Origin: Yuukianura sp. NJ FZ-2021
Taxonomy: Eukaryota
Assembly (NCBI GenBank): GCA_046563655.1
Contig: CM102286.1
Coordinates: 15,190,001 to 15,254,000, forward strand
Length of the DNA: 64,000 bases
Direction: 5' to 3'
Position numbers and translations under genes: made by a program. Below, in pieces: positions 15,272-28,000 of this stretch; position 1 is the first letter of the stretch; each line of letters starts with the position of its first letter. The notes beneath the pieces were generated by a model. It saw nothing but the letters and a program-made list of their open reading frames with translations, made no database searches and had not been told where the DNA came from.

Positions 15272-18200
15272 TTAGATGAATTCAAATGTGAGTCCATGCT
15301 TCTGGAGTCGCTGTACGATGGATGTTTTGGCAAAGGCAGTTCCAGGAGTGAACACGCCACCACTTGCAAAAATTATCAACAAATCAAAACCAAAAGTTTA
15401 TCAAATTGAACCAAATTAAAGTTGATTTACCGCGTGGGAAAAGAAGATTTCTCAGCCAAAAGTGTGAGTGCAGCTTGGACAAAACAAGTCCGCGTGGCTC
15501 CATACGCTGGATTCCTTCCACTAATCTGTGTCAAAATTCAAAAAAATTAAAAGTTTTTTTTTTAAAAACGTTTTATTAAGATAATTTGTGTGCCTTTAGA
15601 ACACGTCGTGTGTTGGGTGGTGTGTCGTAGTCTTCATTTTTAGATTTGTCCAGTGGTTCATCCCAACCTTGTCCAATGAGCGTCATAGAAAACTCAAACT
15701 TCTCCATCAAAGACCGCGACGGACCTCAGGAAAAGACAACACTTTTAAAATATTTGAAGTTTCGAGAGGTCATTGCTGAATGCTGATCTCCAATAACTTT
15801 GTGTACATCATTTCACTAACCTTTCTTGGAAATTATCCCAGCAGAAAACAGGCGAGGAAACTAGAAAAATAGTTGATAAATATGAATATATATATTATAT
15901 GAATATAAATTATAATATGAAAATCCAAAATCAATTTGAGTAAAGTAAGTTACGTGATCTAGAAGGTAGACGCCGCCTGGAACACATTTCATGACGAATC
16001 CAATGAAGAGAGACCCAAGCAGAACCAGCAGTGTGATCAAAATGTTGGACTGCTTCAAATACGAAGCAAATTGGACTGGTCGCTTCTTTTCCTTCTCGTA
16101 AAAGTAATTTTGAGACCGCTCAACAGCCTAAAAAATAGGAAAAGAACATCGGTTGTTCAAAATTTAAAACAAAAAATCAGTTCCGAATTACAAGCTTTTG
16201 CGTCAGATACAAAAAAAATGAAGGAGTTATTTTTCCTCTGTATTCTCTACTATCTCTCGCAATGCATTTTGTCCTATCTCGCAATTTGTCCTATCTCTCG
16301 CAATGCATTTTGTCCTATCTCTCGCAATGCATTTTGTCCTATCTCTCGCAATGCATTTTGTCCTATCTCTCGCAATGCATTTTGTCCTATCTCTCGCAAT
16401 GCATTTTGTCCTATCTCTCGCAATGCATTTTGTCCTATCTCTCGCAATGCATTTTGTCCTATCTCTCGCAATGCATTTTGTCCTATCTCTCGCAATGCAT
16501 TTTGTCCTATCTCTCGCAATGCATTTTGTCCTATCTCTCGCAATGCATTTTGTCCTATCTCTCGCAATGCATTTTGTCCTATCTCTCGCAATGCATTTTG
16601 TCCTATCTCTCGCAATGCATTTTGTCCTATCTCTCGCAATGCATTTTGTCCTATCTCTCGCAATGCATTTTGTCCTATCTCTCGCAATGTTATAAATCTG
16701 TTGAAGTTTTATGGCTTACCCAAATGTCCGGATGTGGAAATGGAAGACACCAACCAACTTCACCAACTTCATCCTTGAAAATCATGTACTTCCTGAAATA
16801 TTTAGTTTCAAAAATATTTTCAACAAATTCCTCAACTAAAATTTGAAAACACTAACAAATCGTTACCGTTGAAGTTCGTATTTTGGTTTCGGAAGTTGGT
16901 TTGGGTAGAGTTGTTTGAGGAGTGGTCTTAAAGTATGAAACTGAGCGTAAAAGTGGAGCAGAGACGTCCAAGTGCCGTAGTTGAAGCCAGTCGTCACCAA
17001 ATGCGAACCAGAGTAAACAAAGTTTTCCACCCAATTCAATTCACCTTCAGTTTTGTTCAAAACCAAAATTAAAAAAAATAAAGATTTTTGCTATTTCCTG
17101 GATTTAGCTTACCTTGGAATTGTTTTTCCAAGTAATTGATTCCACATTCGTTCAGTATACCTGTCCATAGTCAAAAATGTTTAAAAATCAAAAAATTTAC
17201 GACTTAAAAATTATAAATTTTAAAAGTTGATCATTTGTTACTGTCGTATCCGCAGCTTCCGACGATGTACACTCCAGCCTCTCTTGCCGCTTGGTCGTAG
17301 CGAACTTGGAGCTCAGTCAAACTAAAAACACAATTGAACATTTACTAAAAAGTAACAATATTTTGAATGCTATTTTGGATAACCTGTGTGACTCTGCACT
17401 GAGGTCAACCTGGTGCGTCTTCGTTCGAATGCAGGCCTTGATGATTCGTTCGCCTGTAAAAAAAAAATGACCTTTGACCCCAACATTTCAAACAAACAAG
17501 TGATTTGCATTATTGCATACCGTATTTGGCATAAGGGCCCACAGCATTGAGCAGCACTTTGCAGTCTCTTGTCATGTAGTCCAGCGAAGACATGCGACTA
17601 ATGTCTGCTTCAATCGTCTCGATGTGCCCCAAATCAGTTCCTAACAAAAACAAAAAAAGTTGTACAAAATTTCAAAATTTTAAAATTTGGATTTTTTTAT
17701 GTGCTGTATTATATGAGGGGAGATCGACTGCTTTTCAATACGATTTGCTGCAAGATTTTTTTAAAAAACACAAGCAAAAATTCCTTGCAGAAAATAGGGA
17801 CGAACATTTTCTGCAAGCTTTTTTCTTGCACAGAACGGAGGCGTTGTTATAAAAAGATTGCGGAAAATTGAGACGTTGTTATAAGAAACATGCGGAAAAT
17901 TTGAGGAATTGGAATTTTAAAAAATTCAGCTTAAATTCAACTTTTGGATATATTTGCCTTGCCGACGATTTACGTTACGTAAATCGTAATTGACGATTAC
18001 GATTTACTCTACCGTCTTGAAATGTTGGTCTCGTGAAAAATTGACCTGTTCTCTAACTTTTTGACGTGACCAAATTTTTAAAAATTCACTTGTACACTTA
18101 CTTTTTGAGGATTTGGAATTTTGAAAAATTCAGCTGAAATTCAACTTTTGGATATATTTGGCTTGCCGAGGATTCACGCGTAACTCTACCGTCTTGAAAT

Positions 18201-20813
18201 GTTGGTCTCGCGAAAAATTGACCTGTTCTCTAACTTTTTGACGTGACCAAATTTTTAAAAATTCACTTGTACACTTACTTTTTGAGGATTTGGAATTTTG
18301 AAAAATTCAGCTGAAATTCAACTTTTGGATATATTTGCCTTGCCGAGGATTCACGCGTAACTCTACCGTCTTGAAATGTTGGTCTCGTGAAAAATTGACC
18401 TGTTCTCTAACTTTTTGACGTGACCAAATTTTTAAAAATTCACTTGTACACTTACTTTTTGAGGATTTGGAATTTTGAAAAATTCAGCTGAAATTCAACT
18501 TTTGGATATATTCGCCTTGCCGAGGATTCACGCGTAACTCTACCGTCTTGAAATGTTGGTCTCGTGAAAAATTGACTTGTTCTCTAACTTTTAGACGTGA
18601 CCAAATTTTTAAAAATTCACTTGTACACTTACTTTTTGAGGATTTGGAATTTTGAAAAATTCAGCTGAAATTCAACTTTTGGATATATTCGCCTTGCCGA
18701 GGATTCACGCGTAACTCTACCGTCTTGAAATGTTGGTCTCGTGAAAAATTGACTTGTTCTCTAACTTTTAGACGTGACCAAATTTTTAAAAATTCACTTG
18801 TACACTTACTTTTTGAGGATTTGGAATTTTGAAAAATTCAGCTGAAATTCAAATTTTGGATATATTCGCCTTGCCGAGGATTCACGCGTAACTCTACCGT
18901 CTTGAAATGTTGGTCTCGTGAAAAATTGACTTGTTCTCTAACTTTTTGACGTGACCAAATTTTTAAAAATTCACTTGTACACTTACGTTTTGAGGATTTG
19001 GAATTTTGAAAAATTCAGCTGAAATTCAACTTTTGGATATATTTGGCTTGCCGAGGATTCACGCGTAACTCTACCGTCTTGAAATGTTGGTCTCGCGAAA
19101 AATTGACCTGTTCTCTAACTTTTTGACGTGACCAAATTTTTAAAAATTCACTTGTACACTTACTTTTTGAGGATTTGGAATTTTGAAAAATTCAGCTGAA
19201 ATTCAACTTTTGGATATATTTGCCTTGCCGAGGATTCACGCGTAACTCTACCGTCTTGAAATGTTGGTCTCGTGAAAAATTGACCTGTTCTCTAACTTTT
19301 TGACGTGACCAAATTTTTAAAAATTCACTTGTACACTTACTTTTTGAGGATTTGGAATTTTGAAAAATTCAGCTGAAATTCAACTTTTGGATATATTTGC
19401 CTTGCCGAGGATTCACGCGTAACTCTACCGTCTTGAAATGTTGGTCTCGTGAAAAATTGACTTGTTCTCTAACTTTTTGACGTGACCAAATTTTTAAAAA
19501 TTCACTTGTACACTTACTTTTCGAGGATTTGGAATTTTGAAAAATTCAGCTGAAATTGAACTTTTGGATATATTTGGCTTGCCGAGGATTCACGCGTACT
19601 CTACCGTCTTGAAATGTTGGTCTCGTGAAAAATTGACCTGTTCTCTAACTTTTTGACGTGACCAAATTTTTAAAAATTCACTTGTACACTTACTTTTCGA
19701 GGATTTGGAATTTTGAAAAATTCAGCTGAAATTCAACTTTTGGATATATTTGCCTTGCCGAGGATTCACGCGTAACTCTACCGTCTTGAAATGTTGGTCT
19801 CGTGAAAAATTGACCTGTTCTCTAACTTTTTGACGTGACCAAATTTTTAAAAATTCACTTGTACACTTACTTTTTGAGGATTTGGAATTTTGAAAAATTC
19901 AGCTGAAATTCAACTTTTGGATATATTTGCCTTGCCGAGGATTCACGCGTAACTCTACCGTCTTGAAATGTTGGTCTCGTGAAAAATTGACTTGTTCTCT
20001 AACTTTTTGACGTGACCAAATTTTTAAAAATTCACTTGTACACTTACTTTTTGAGGATTTGGAATTTTGAAAAATTCAGCTGAAATTGAACTTTTGGATA
20101 TATTTGACTTGCCGAGCATTCACGCGTAACTCTACCGTCTTGAAATGTTGGTCTCGTGAAAAATTGACCTGTTCTCGTCACAAAAATTTTTGACAAAATA
20201 TAACTTTTACATTTACTTTTCGAGGAATTCTAACTTGGGAAAATTCAGCTGTCGTAAAATCTTAAAAGTGAATTATAATTTATAACAACGTCTCGATTCT
20301 CCGCAAGTTTCATATAACAGCGGCTCGATTCTTCGCAAGCTTTTTATAACCTCGGCTCGATTCTCCGCAAGCTTTTTATAACCTCGGCTCGATTCTCCGC
20401 AAGCTTCTTATAACAGCGCTTCGATTCTTCGCAAGCTTTTTATAACAGCTCCTCGATTTTCCGTAAGCTTCTTATAACAACGTCTCGATTTCTGCAAGAA
20501 AAAACTTGCAGAAAATGTTCGTTTTGATTTTCTGCAAGGAAATTTAATTGTGTTTTTTAAAAAAAAGCTTGCAGCAAATGGCGTTGAAAAGCAGTCGATC
20601 TCCCCTCATAGTATTACCCGTCAGAATTGAAATTTGAGCGAGTGTTTCTTTTAATTTTTTGACAGATCGTCCTGCGACTGCCCAAGTGAAGGGCTCCGAG
20701 TGCCCAGCATTCTGCGTTCGAACGAGTTCTTCCACAATCAGTTTCCCCGTGAATCCACTCGCACCGAACAAAATCAAGTCAAACTTCCGCTCCTCTGGAA
20801 ACCTTGTGGCCAT
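15272..20813 (-). CDS. SCCPDH: Saccharopine dehydrogenase-like oxidoreductase, paralog B (intron 1 expanded by a TIR element)
   Basis: MATRFPEERKFDLILFGASGFTG, WAVAGRS; exon 1 ends at 20618 and exon 2 resumes at ~17640 (LLNAVGPYAKY); C-terminal GGVFTPGTAFAKT; exon layout parallels paralog A. Confidence 0.87.
16250..16689. repeat. 24-bp minisatellite (CTATCTCTCGCAATGCATTTTGTC)n, ~18 copies, intronic in SCCPDH-B
   Basis: Directly visible perfect tandem array; produces the periodic ORFs in the track. Confidence 0.97.
17712..20610. mobile_element. Non-autonomous TIR (foldback-type) element of ~2.9 kb with 6-bp target-site duplication
   Basis: Left end TATGAGGGGAGATCGACTGCTTTTCAA and right end TTGAAAAGCAGTCGATCTCCCCTCATA are perfect inverted repeats that extend imperfectly for >100 bp. 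There are ~30-bp subterminal repeats and flanking GTATTA at 17706-17711 and 20611-20616. No ORF inside. Confidence 0.88.
17905..20250. repeat. 177-bp tandem satellite, ~13 copies, inside the TIR element
   Basis: Marker CTCTACCGTCTTGAAATG recurs at 18007, 18184, 18361, 18538 ... 20130. Confidence 0.95.
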
Positions 20814-21223
20814 CTTGGAATTTAGTCAATGCAATGTCACAACCTGCTCAAGAAAATAGTTTACATTAGTTTTGTAACTCTTCAAAATTGAGTGGCTTTC
20901 TACTCAACTCATGAATCACTATGGACTTATGAAACAATGAAACGAAAGAAACATAAAATTAAAACAATGGAAAGTAGGACGCTTTCAAAGCACTCCAAAT
21001 ACTTTCCAGTATAATGACAAGCTGGGACTTCGCCCAATACAGGGTTCAGTTTCAAAAAAATTATAATCCCACCTCTCCCGTTGTAAGAATAAGTTTTAAG
21101 TGGGTTTAGGACAAAAAGTGAAAAAAAAAATTGATAGGAAGATATTAAAATAGAATGTATAGATGTTTTGATTGTTTATTCAATTGTTTGACAAATGAAT
21201 TGATGAAATTAGAACAAAAATGC

Positions 21224-21924
21224 TTATGCTTCTGACAGAATCCAGCGCTGATTTCTGCTATCCGCATTTTTAGGAACCAGCCGAACGTCTCTCCCATCCC
21301 TCCTCACAAACATTGTCAATTAGGATTTTTAATAGTTGGAGAATTAAACTATTTAAATGGAATGTTACCTGGTGAGTTCCAGCACTTTTCCATCCTTGAC
21401 ACTCTGGATGAAGACATCACATGCTCCAGGGAACACAGGCTCAAACATCCACTGCTGATTCTCCCTCCCGTGTTTGGACTAGTCACAAACAAAGTGAGGT
21501 CAAAGGTCACTCACTAAAATACAGCATTTGACATTTGAGTTTACAAAAGTGAGGAGACGCCCTTCCTCCCGCTCAGAGTTGTCCATCACAAAGGAACTCC
21601 CAGCCATCGACGATAAAATAAACACATTCCCCTCTACAACATTATTGTAATTCAATTAAAATGTAATTTAATTAATTAATTAAGTTTAATTACCCAACTG
21701 GTCTGGAACCCATATCTGGTTGGGTCTTGCGTTCCAAGTGTAGGGCACTATGGGAACCCTGTCTCTCGCTTCTCCTCCATACACGTCCAGCACCTGAAAT
21801 TCAAATGAAACAGTTAATTCCTCTCTTCAAATGTCCAAATACTTGGGAAGTATTGGGCAGTATTTACGAGGAGGTTGACAGAGGAGATGATTTTGTACGG
21901 AACCCCATTTGCTACTTTGGCCAT
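21224..21924 (-). CDS. Single-domain ricin-B (beta-trefoil, R-type) lectin, 144 aa, no signal peptide
   Basis: Exons 21924-21868, 21793-21694, 21633-21545, 21478-21369, 21302-21224 (435 nt, in frame). VLDVYGG...YTWNARPNQIW, FVMD...HGRENQQW and KVLEL...SRNQRW are three QxW subdomains. Absent from the ORF track. Confidence 0.82.
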
Positions 21925-22522
21925 GCTCCAACTCCCGTTACTTTTCAATTAAGTTGAGAATAACTGAACGTGATTAACTTTAATTGAGTCACTCAAACCA
22001 AAAACCACACTTCACACTTCTTCAATTAGTTCAATTAGCACAACTATTCCTCAAACTCACCAAACCGGTACTTCCAAACCCACTTTTCCTCTAAAAATAA
22101 ACATTGACTCATCGCAATCCCCAAGCATCTCAAATTCAAACATCTCAAAAAATCCAAACGTATTTTAACACAATTTCCCAATCTTGTCCTCACTTTGCTA
22201 AAACCCACAAATTCTGAATAACTCCAAACACTTTTGTTTTAAATTTTGAAATCTTGTAAAATGGGGGAGGGTGAGGTCAACAAATTCCGTGTGTTGCGTG
22301 TGCCAAAGTCATTTAGTTAAGGCATGAATTTGTTTAGTAAATGAGGATAGTACATCGTTAGTTGTACAGTTTTTTAAAAATGACGCCATTCCCACAACCA
22401 CTCACATTCAATCCACTCCTTCTTTTTAAATTGAACGATTTGTACGACAAAAGTAGAATCCTAACTTCAAAAATGAAAAAGTTGTACTAAAGTTTTGTTC
22501 TTTTTGAAATTTGGGGGGTAAA

Positions 22523-24825
22523 ATGTCTGTTCGTGCCACTTCGTATTTCCTGGGAGACTGCAAGGGAGTGAACGACTACTTGAAGGGACGCCATGGTCTG
22601 TTCTGGGGATTAGTCAAGTACCTCAACGCCCTCTTCAGAGGAGTAGGACAGGTCAACACTCCCACAAACATTTTTAATCAAAAAGTTTCAAAATTTTAAC
22701 TTTTAAATTTTCAAAATTTCCTAAAGGTTGTTTTTGCAAACAATCCGTGGAGTGGGCTGATTATTCTGGGTGGTTTGTACTGGGCAAGTATCCTCGTGGG
22801 ATTTGCAACCACCGTGGCAGCAACCACAGCAATCCTCACTGCTATTGTAAACCTACTCCCACCATATTTTCAAACTTAAAAATCTTCTTCAAGATGAAAT
22901 TGTAGAGTTGATTAAAATTTTCAAGAGTATTTGTCCGTTTTTGAGGTATTTAAGCAAACGGAGTCGAAGATCACGAATGGCCTGACGACGTACTGCGCAG
23001 TGCTGGTGGGGAGCATCACTGCTTCCTTATGGGAACCCACTTACGGGGAACCCCTCAACCCCCTCGTGTGGGGGTTCATCGTGCTCTGTGCTGCTCTGAG
23101 TGTCCTCGTCAACGCAGGATTAGTCAACATCCTCGGCAGTTTCAGACCCCCACTCCCCTCTTTCACGCTCGCATTCAACGTAGTCACCATTTTACTATTC
23201 ACTGTTTTGCAACCAAGGGCTACACCAGTCGCCAGAAACACGCAAAACATTCCATCACTGGAAAATGGACGTACCAAAGACGGAAATGTGGACCCCATGC
23301 TCGTAAATCCCCAACTGACCTTTGACCTAGCTAACAGTTTGATTTTCGTTTCTGGCCAACTCTTTTTCCAAGTTTTGTTTATAAAAATTTACGATTTTTC
23401 CTTAATTTACAATTTTTCCTTATTTTTGTTTCGTTCTGCTCACTTTTTATCATGTTTCAAACGTTTTTGGAACGTTTCGAGCAAAACACTTTTTTTGAAC
23501 CCAAAGGGCCCCCGCTTCCTTTTTTTTTTTTTTTTTGAAAATCTTGGACTCGAAAATTTTCACGATAAAAAACTTGGAAAAAAGTTTCACTGCCCCATAA
23601 ACGACAAGTTAACCGAACTAACTGACGTTTAAGCTTGGAAATGGAATGAATGAATTGAGGACTGACCTTGTAGGTGCTGGAAGGGATCATGCTGTCCATG
23701 GGCCAAGTGTATGGAGTCCAGCATCTCAAGGGAAGTGTGGCCATGTACGCTGCAACCATCCTCTACTCACCCACACTCTGCATCATGAGCATAGTCGGAG
23801 CCTCGGTCGGAAGCTGCTTCGGTAAATTCCGAAAATATTTTCAAAAAATTTTCAAATTTTTTAAATTCTGAAAACAATTTAATTCAAAACTTGAATTTCA
23901 AATTTTGAACAAAGTTTTTAAAAGTTTTTTTGAACGTTTCAGGAATTGTGTTTGCTGGTCCCACTTACCAAACAGTCTACGACGGAATCTGGGGGTTCAA
24001 CCCCATTTTGGCCGCAATCGCACTCGGAGCCTTCTTCTTCGTTCCTACTTCGCTCAGTTTTTGGCTTGCAATAGCAGACGTCGCACTGGTCGTCCTCATC
24101 CAAAGGGCCATGAACATCGCCTTCACTCCAGTAAGTGTCTCTTGTCCTCAGATTGACCTTTGACCTCAGATTGACCTTTGACCTCTGCTTCTCAGCTAAG
24201 ACTGCCCTTCTTCACGTTCCCCTTCGTCATCGCCACCATGTTCTTCCTAGAAGTGACTGCAACTGGCAACATTCTGACCAGGGTCATCAAGTTCTCATAC
24301 CCAGAACAGCATCTGAGGGAATTCATCCAAAAAACATACCTCAAACCCCCAATGCCCACCGACACTGAAATCACCCATCGAAAAACCCACTCACCCGAAA
24401 TCACCCACCGAAAAACCCACCCACCCTCTGCTCCCACCCTCCCACTCTACAACTCACCAGGTGACAATTTACAACATTTTACAAATTCAAACTCAAAAAT
24501 TTTAAATTTTTTTTGTTCGTTCCTAAAAAAAATTTTAAATTTAAACGGGAATTTTTTTAAATTTTGTACAGACTACACGAATTTTGCTGAACAAGGATAC
24601 TTGGACGAGACTCCTGAAAATGAAAACGCTACGAATGAAGATATTTACCAGTTTCCCCTGAATCCCCAATTCTACTCTCAAGGTCACCGTGACCTTGACC
24701 TTCCTTACAATTTTTCCAACTACCAAAACCAAATCTCCCACCAACCAATTTTTGTTGGATATCCCAAACTCCCAGTTCAATTGCAGTCTCGCACTGCCAA
24801 TGCCCAGCACTTCCGCCCAAGGTAG
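22523..24825 (+). CDS. Urea transporter (SLC14/UT family)
   Basis: FRGVGQVVFANNPWSGLII, LPSFTLAFN, SMGQVY, YDGIWGFNPILAAIA, LPFFTFPF motifs across GT-AG exons; long low-complexity C-tail with a duplicated EITHRKTH. Confidence 0.88.
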
Positions 24826-25036
24826 CACCTCCTCCCCCTCCTTCAGTCCTTAGTTTATTAAATAAATTTAAAGCATTTGGAGCCTACTAAATAATTTGTG
24901 AACAATTAAAAAGTGGGAGGGAACTCAATCAATTAAAACTCATAGTTTCAAATGTCACTTTGGTAAAAGTGGGACAACACAGGGATACTTTGGAAGTATA
25001 CTTCGGAGATATAATTGGGGTACTTGTGAAGTATTT

Positions 25037-28000
25037 CTAGACACAGGATTCGACTTGATCCTTGGCCTTGTCCAGTTCTGTGCTGTCATTGGGTGAGGAC
25101 CCTTCTGCTGCTTCCGGAATATCCTCCAAGTACCCCCCATACTGGAGTGGCTGGAGCACTTTCTTCTCGGGAGCATACTTCCTTACACACGGAATCATAA
25201 AACTGATGAGTGCAGACACGATGAGGAAGCTACCTGCCAGGTAGAACGGAATTTCATAGGACTGGAATGCATCTCGAACAGCACCTAAAGAGTCAAGCGG
25301 AAGTAAGTACTTGGGAGTATTTTGTACTTGTAAGGATGGTTACCTGCAAGAGGAGCTCCGACAATGCTAGCTGCCCCTCTGAAGAGGATGAGGAGTCCGA
25401 AGGCATTGGTGAGGTTGTCCAGCCCAAGGAGGTCCACGAGGATGATGGAAGTGAGGGACACATAGCCAGACACAAAGAGACCAAAGAAGATGGACACTGC
25501 GACGTAGGAGTAGTAGCCACCACACAACGGAACCACACTCACACAAAGTCCAGACAGCAACAGACACATGTTGTTCATGAACAAAGAGTTCACTTGAGGC
25601 AGGTCAGAGATCAGCCCAGCAACAACTCGCCCAATTGTGTTCGCAATCCCAATGATCGACAGCAGGAACGCTGCTTCTTCCGTTGTCACGCCCTGCTCAA
25701 ACAATTTTTAAATCAATCCCAACATTTACTCAAATACAAGCATGATTAGCATGCTGGCTGGGGCTTCGCCACCAGCAACCCGTGGCAAACCATTTCTCGT
25801 ATTCGATCACATTGAATTTTTAAATTTTACCTCATATTTTTCGTATTAAATCACAGTGAAGGGATTCGAATCCCTACTTTTTTCAGAGTTCTCAAACTTG
25901 ACGTCTCAGAATTTTCAGGGATTCGTTTTTTGATTTAACACCAGAGGGACAAAAGGTAAAATTTTAAATTCAAATTGTATTTGAATTCAAGGACAGAAGG
26001 TAAAATTTTAGAGTCTATTTGGATTTAACATCAGAGACACAGTGGCTATTTTAGAATCTGCATGTAATGGGAATTTTAGATTTGAGAATTTGAAGGGAAT
26101 CTTTTAAAATAAAATATAGTTTTACTAGGGTTCGACCGTATCTGAGGCGAAGCCCCAGCAAGCACTCGCAGCATGTTTTTTTTAGTAGTATTTAGATTAG
26201 CTTACCTTTGACTCTGCTGATTTGATGATAAAGACGAATGGAACGTAGAATCCGAGCATTCCGAAGACGTTGCTGACTGCGATGAAGAGAAAGACGGGGT
26301 TCTTGAGGAGGGAGAAGTCCATGAGTTGAGCTAGTGCCGTCTTGAAACTGCCTGCTCCGCCCCCTGGCCAACATGGGCAGGCACTCGGCTGACTCTTCTT
26401 GAGTGGAGACATGTCTGGCCCATCGCCCTCTTCCGGTCGCCAGGAAGCCACACTCCCAATACGCGGTAGATTCAAAACACTTTGTCTGTAGGAGTTGATG
26501 CTCTTCTGAGAAGTGAACTCGGGCAAGTGCACGATGGATCCCGAGTAGAAAATGTCCTTCCGAGACATCGGCCGAATGATGTGTCGAGGCTCAGTCGTCG
26601 CTTGGGTCGAACTCGAACCGCGATGAGAAGTGCTAAAAATGAGTCCTTCGTTCAGTTCTCCTCGACTCCACATACTGCTGTAGTCGTCGTCCTGATTTCC
26701 ATTCCCAACTGAAATCAAACAAATTCTTTCAAATTCAAAAATAACTAAAGTTGCAAAAAAAAAGTTGCAGAAAAGTTGCTTTTCTGCCCGAATACTTACC
26801 AGAATTGTTGTTTTTAACAGTCAAGTGTGTGTTTGCAGCAGAATTGCGTCGACTGTCACTCAAGTTAGTTTTACTCCTGGAATCAAGAGACAACTAATCA
26901 GAGAAACATGAAACATGTTGATATTGCTTATAATTTGTGTAGTTACGATGGTCTGGGGAAGGATCCGACCGGAACTGCTCGATATGAGTGTTTCCTTGGC
27001 ATTCTGTCGAAGAGTGGAACAGAGACATTCTTGGGGATTGATTTGCCAGGAGTGAAGTTGGGTGCAGAACCATTCCGTGGCATCTTTGGATATGCACCAG
27101 CCACACTTCCAGATCTGCCCAGCATCGGAATCACTCTCGGAGGACTCTTGGCAATTCCATCCATTTTAGCATTGGAAGGAGACACGGAGTAAATCCCATC
27201 ACTGTTCCTCCTTTCCCTCATGTGTCTTCTCTGAGCAGCTCTGAAACAAAACATCAACATTTAAAATCTAAGTTTAGGAATCGCATTTCAATTTTGATGT
27301 ACTAAAAATTAGTAATTTTTAAAATTATAACTTGGTGACTAACTTTGCACTGGAGGAGAGGTGATTTTCCTCGGTGGACTCCGCACTTCCGTCTGTTTCT
27401 CTCTCTTCTGCAATTGGTTCTGGAATTGGAATTGGGATGGCTGGAGTTGTGCTCATGAGAGGACGCGAATCCTCATTCCCAGCGTCATCTTTCTCGGATT
27501 CTGTTGGTGATTTGAGTTCTGCACTTCCTTCTTCTGAGCTAGATCGACTTTCACCTTTGACCTTCCCCTCCGTGATTGTGGGCAGAGTGGGGTTGGGGGT
27601 CATGGGGGTTCCAGGCACAAGTTGATCAAGGTTAAAACTGGAGTGAACCCCCGGATCAACGTTAATCGGCATCTTCATCCGTCGCTCCATCGTTCCATCC
27701 GGCAACTGAACCATAAAGTACTGAGAACCTACAAAACAAAACATTCTCAAATCATTTTCAATATTTTCTAAAAAGCTTTTTTTGCCTCACCTGCGAGTGA
27801 CCCCCTCTCCATTTGATTCCTCTTGTCCTCTGCCATTCTCTGGAGCAGTGGCTTATTTTTGCAAACTTTGTCATCCGAATCCTCTTCATCTCCTTCGTCA
27901 TCCTGCAGTGGCTCACGTTTCAGTTCCAGTGGCTTCATCAACGCTCCGAAAGCCTGCAAAAGACGCACTTTTTAGTCTTTATGAAAACAACTTTTTAGTA

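Noticed and set aside
16071..16846. Repetitive ORFs (CPISRNAF)n, (LSYLSQCI)n, (REIGQNAL)n, (MHFVLSLA)n
   Set aside because: By-products of a stop-free 24-bp minisatellite inside an SCCPDH intron.
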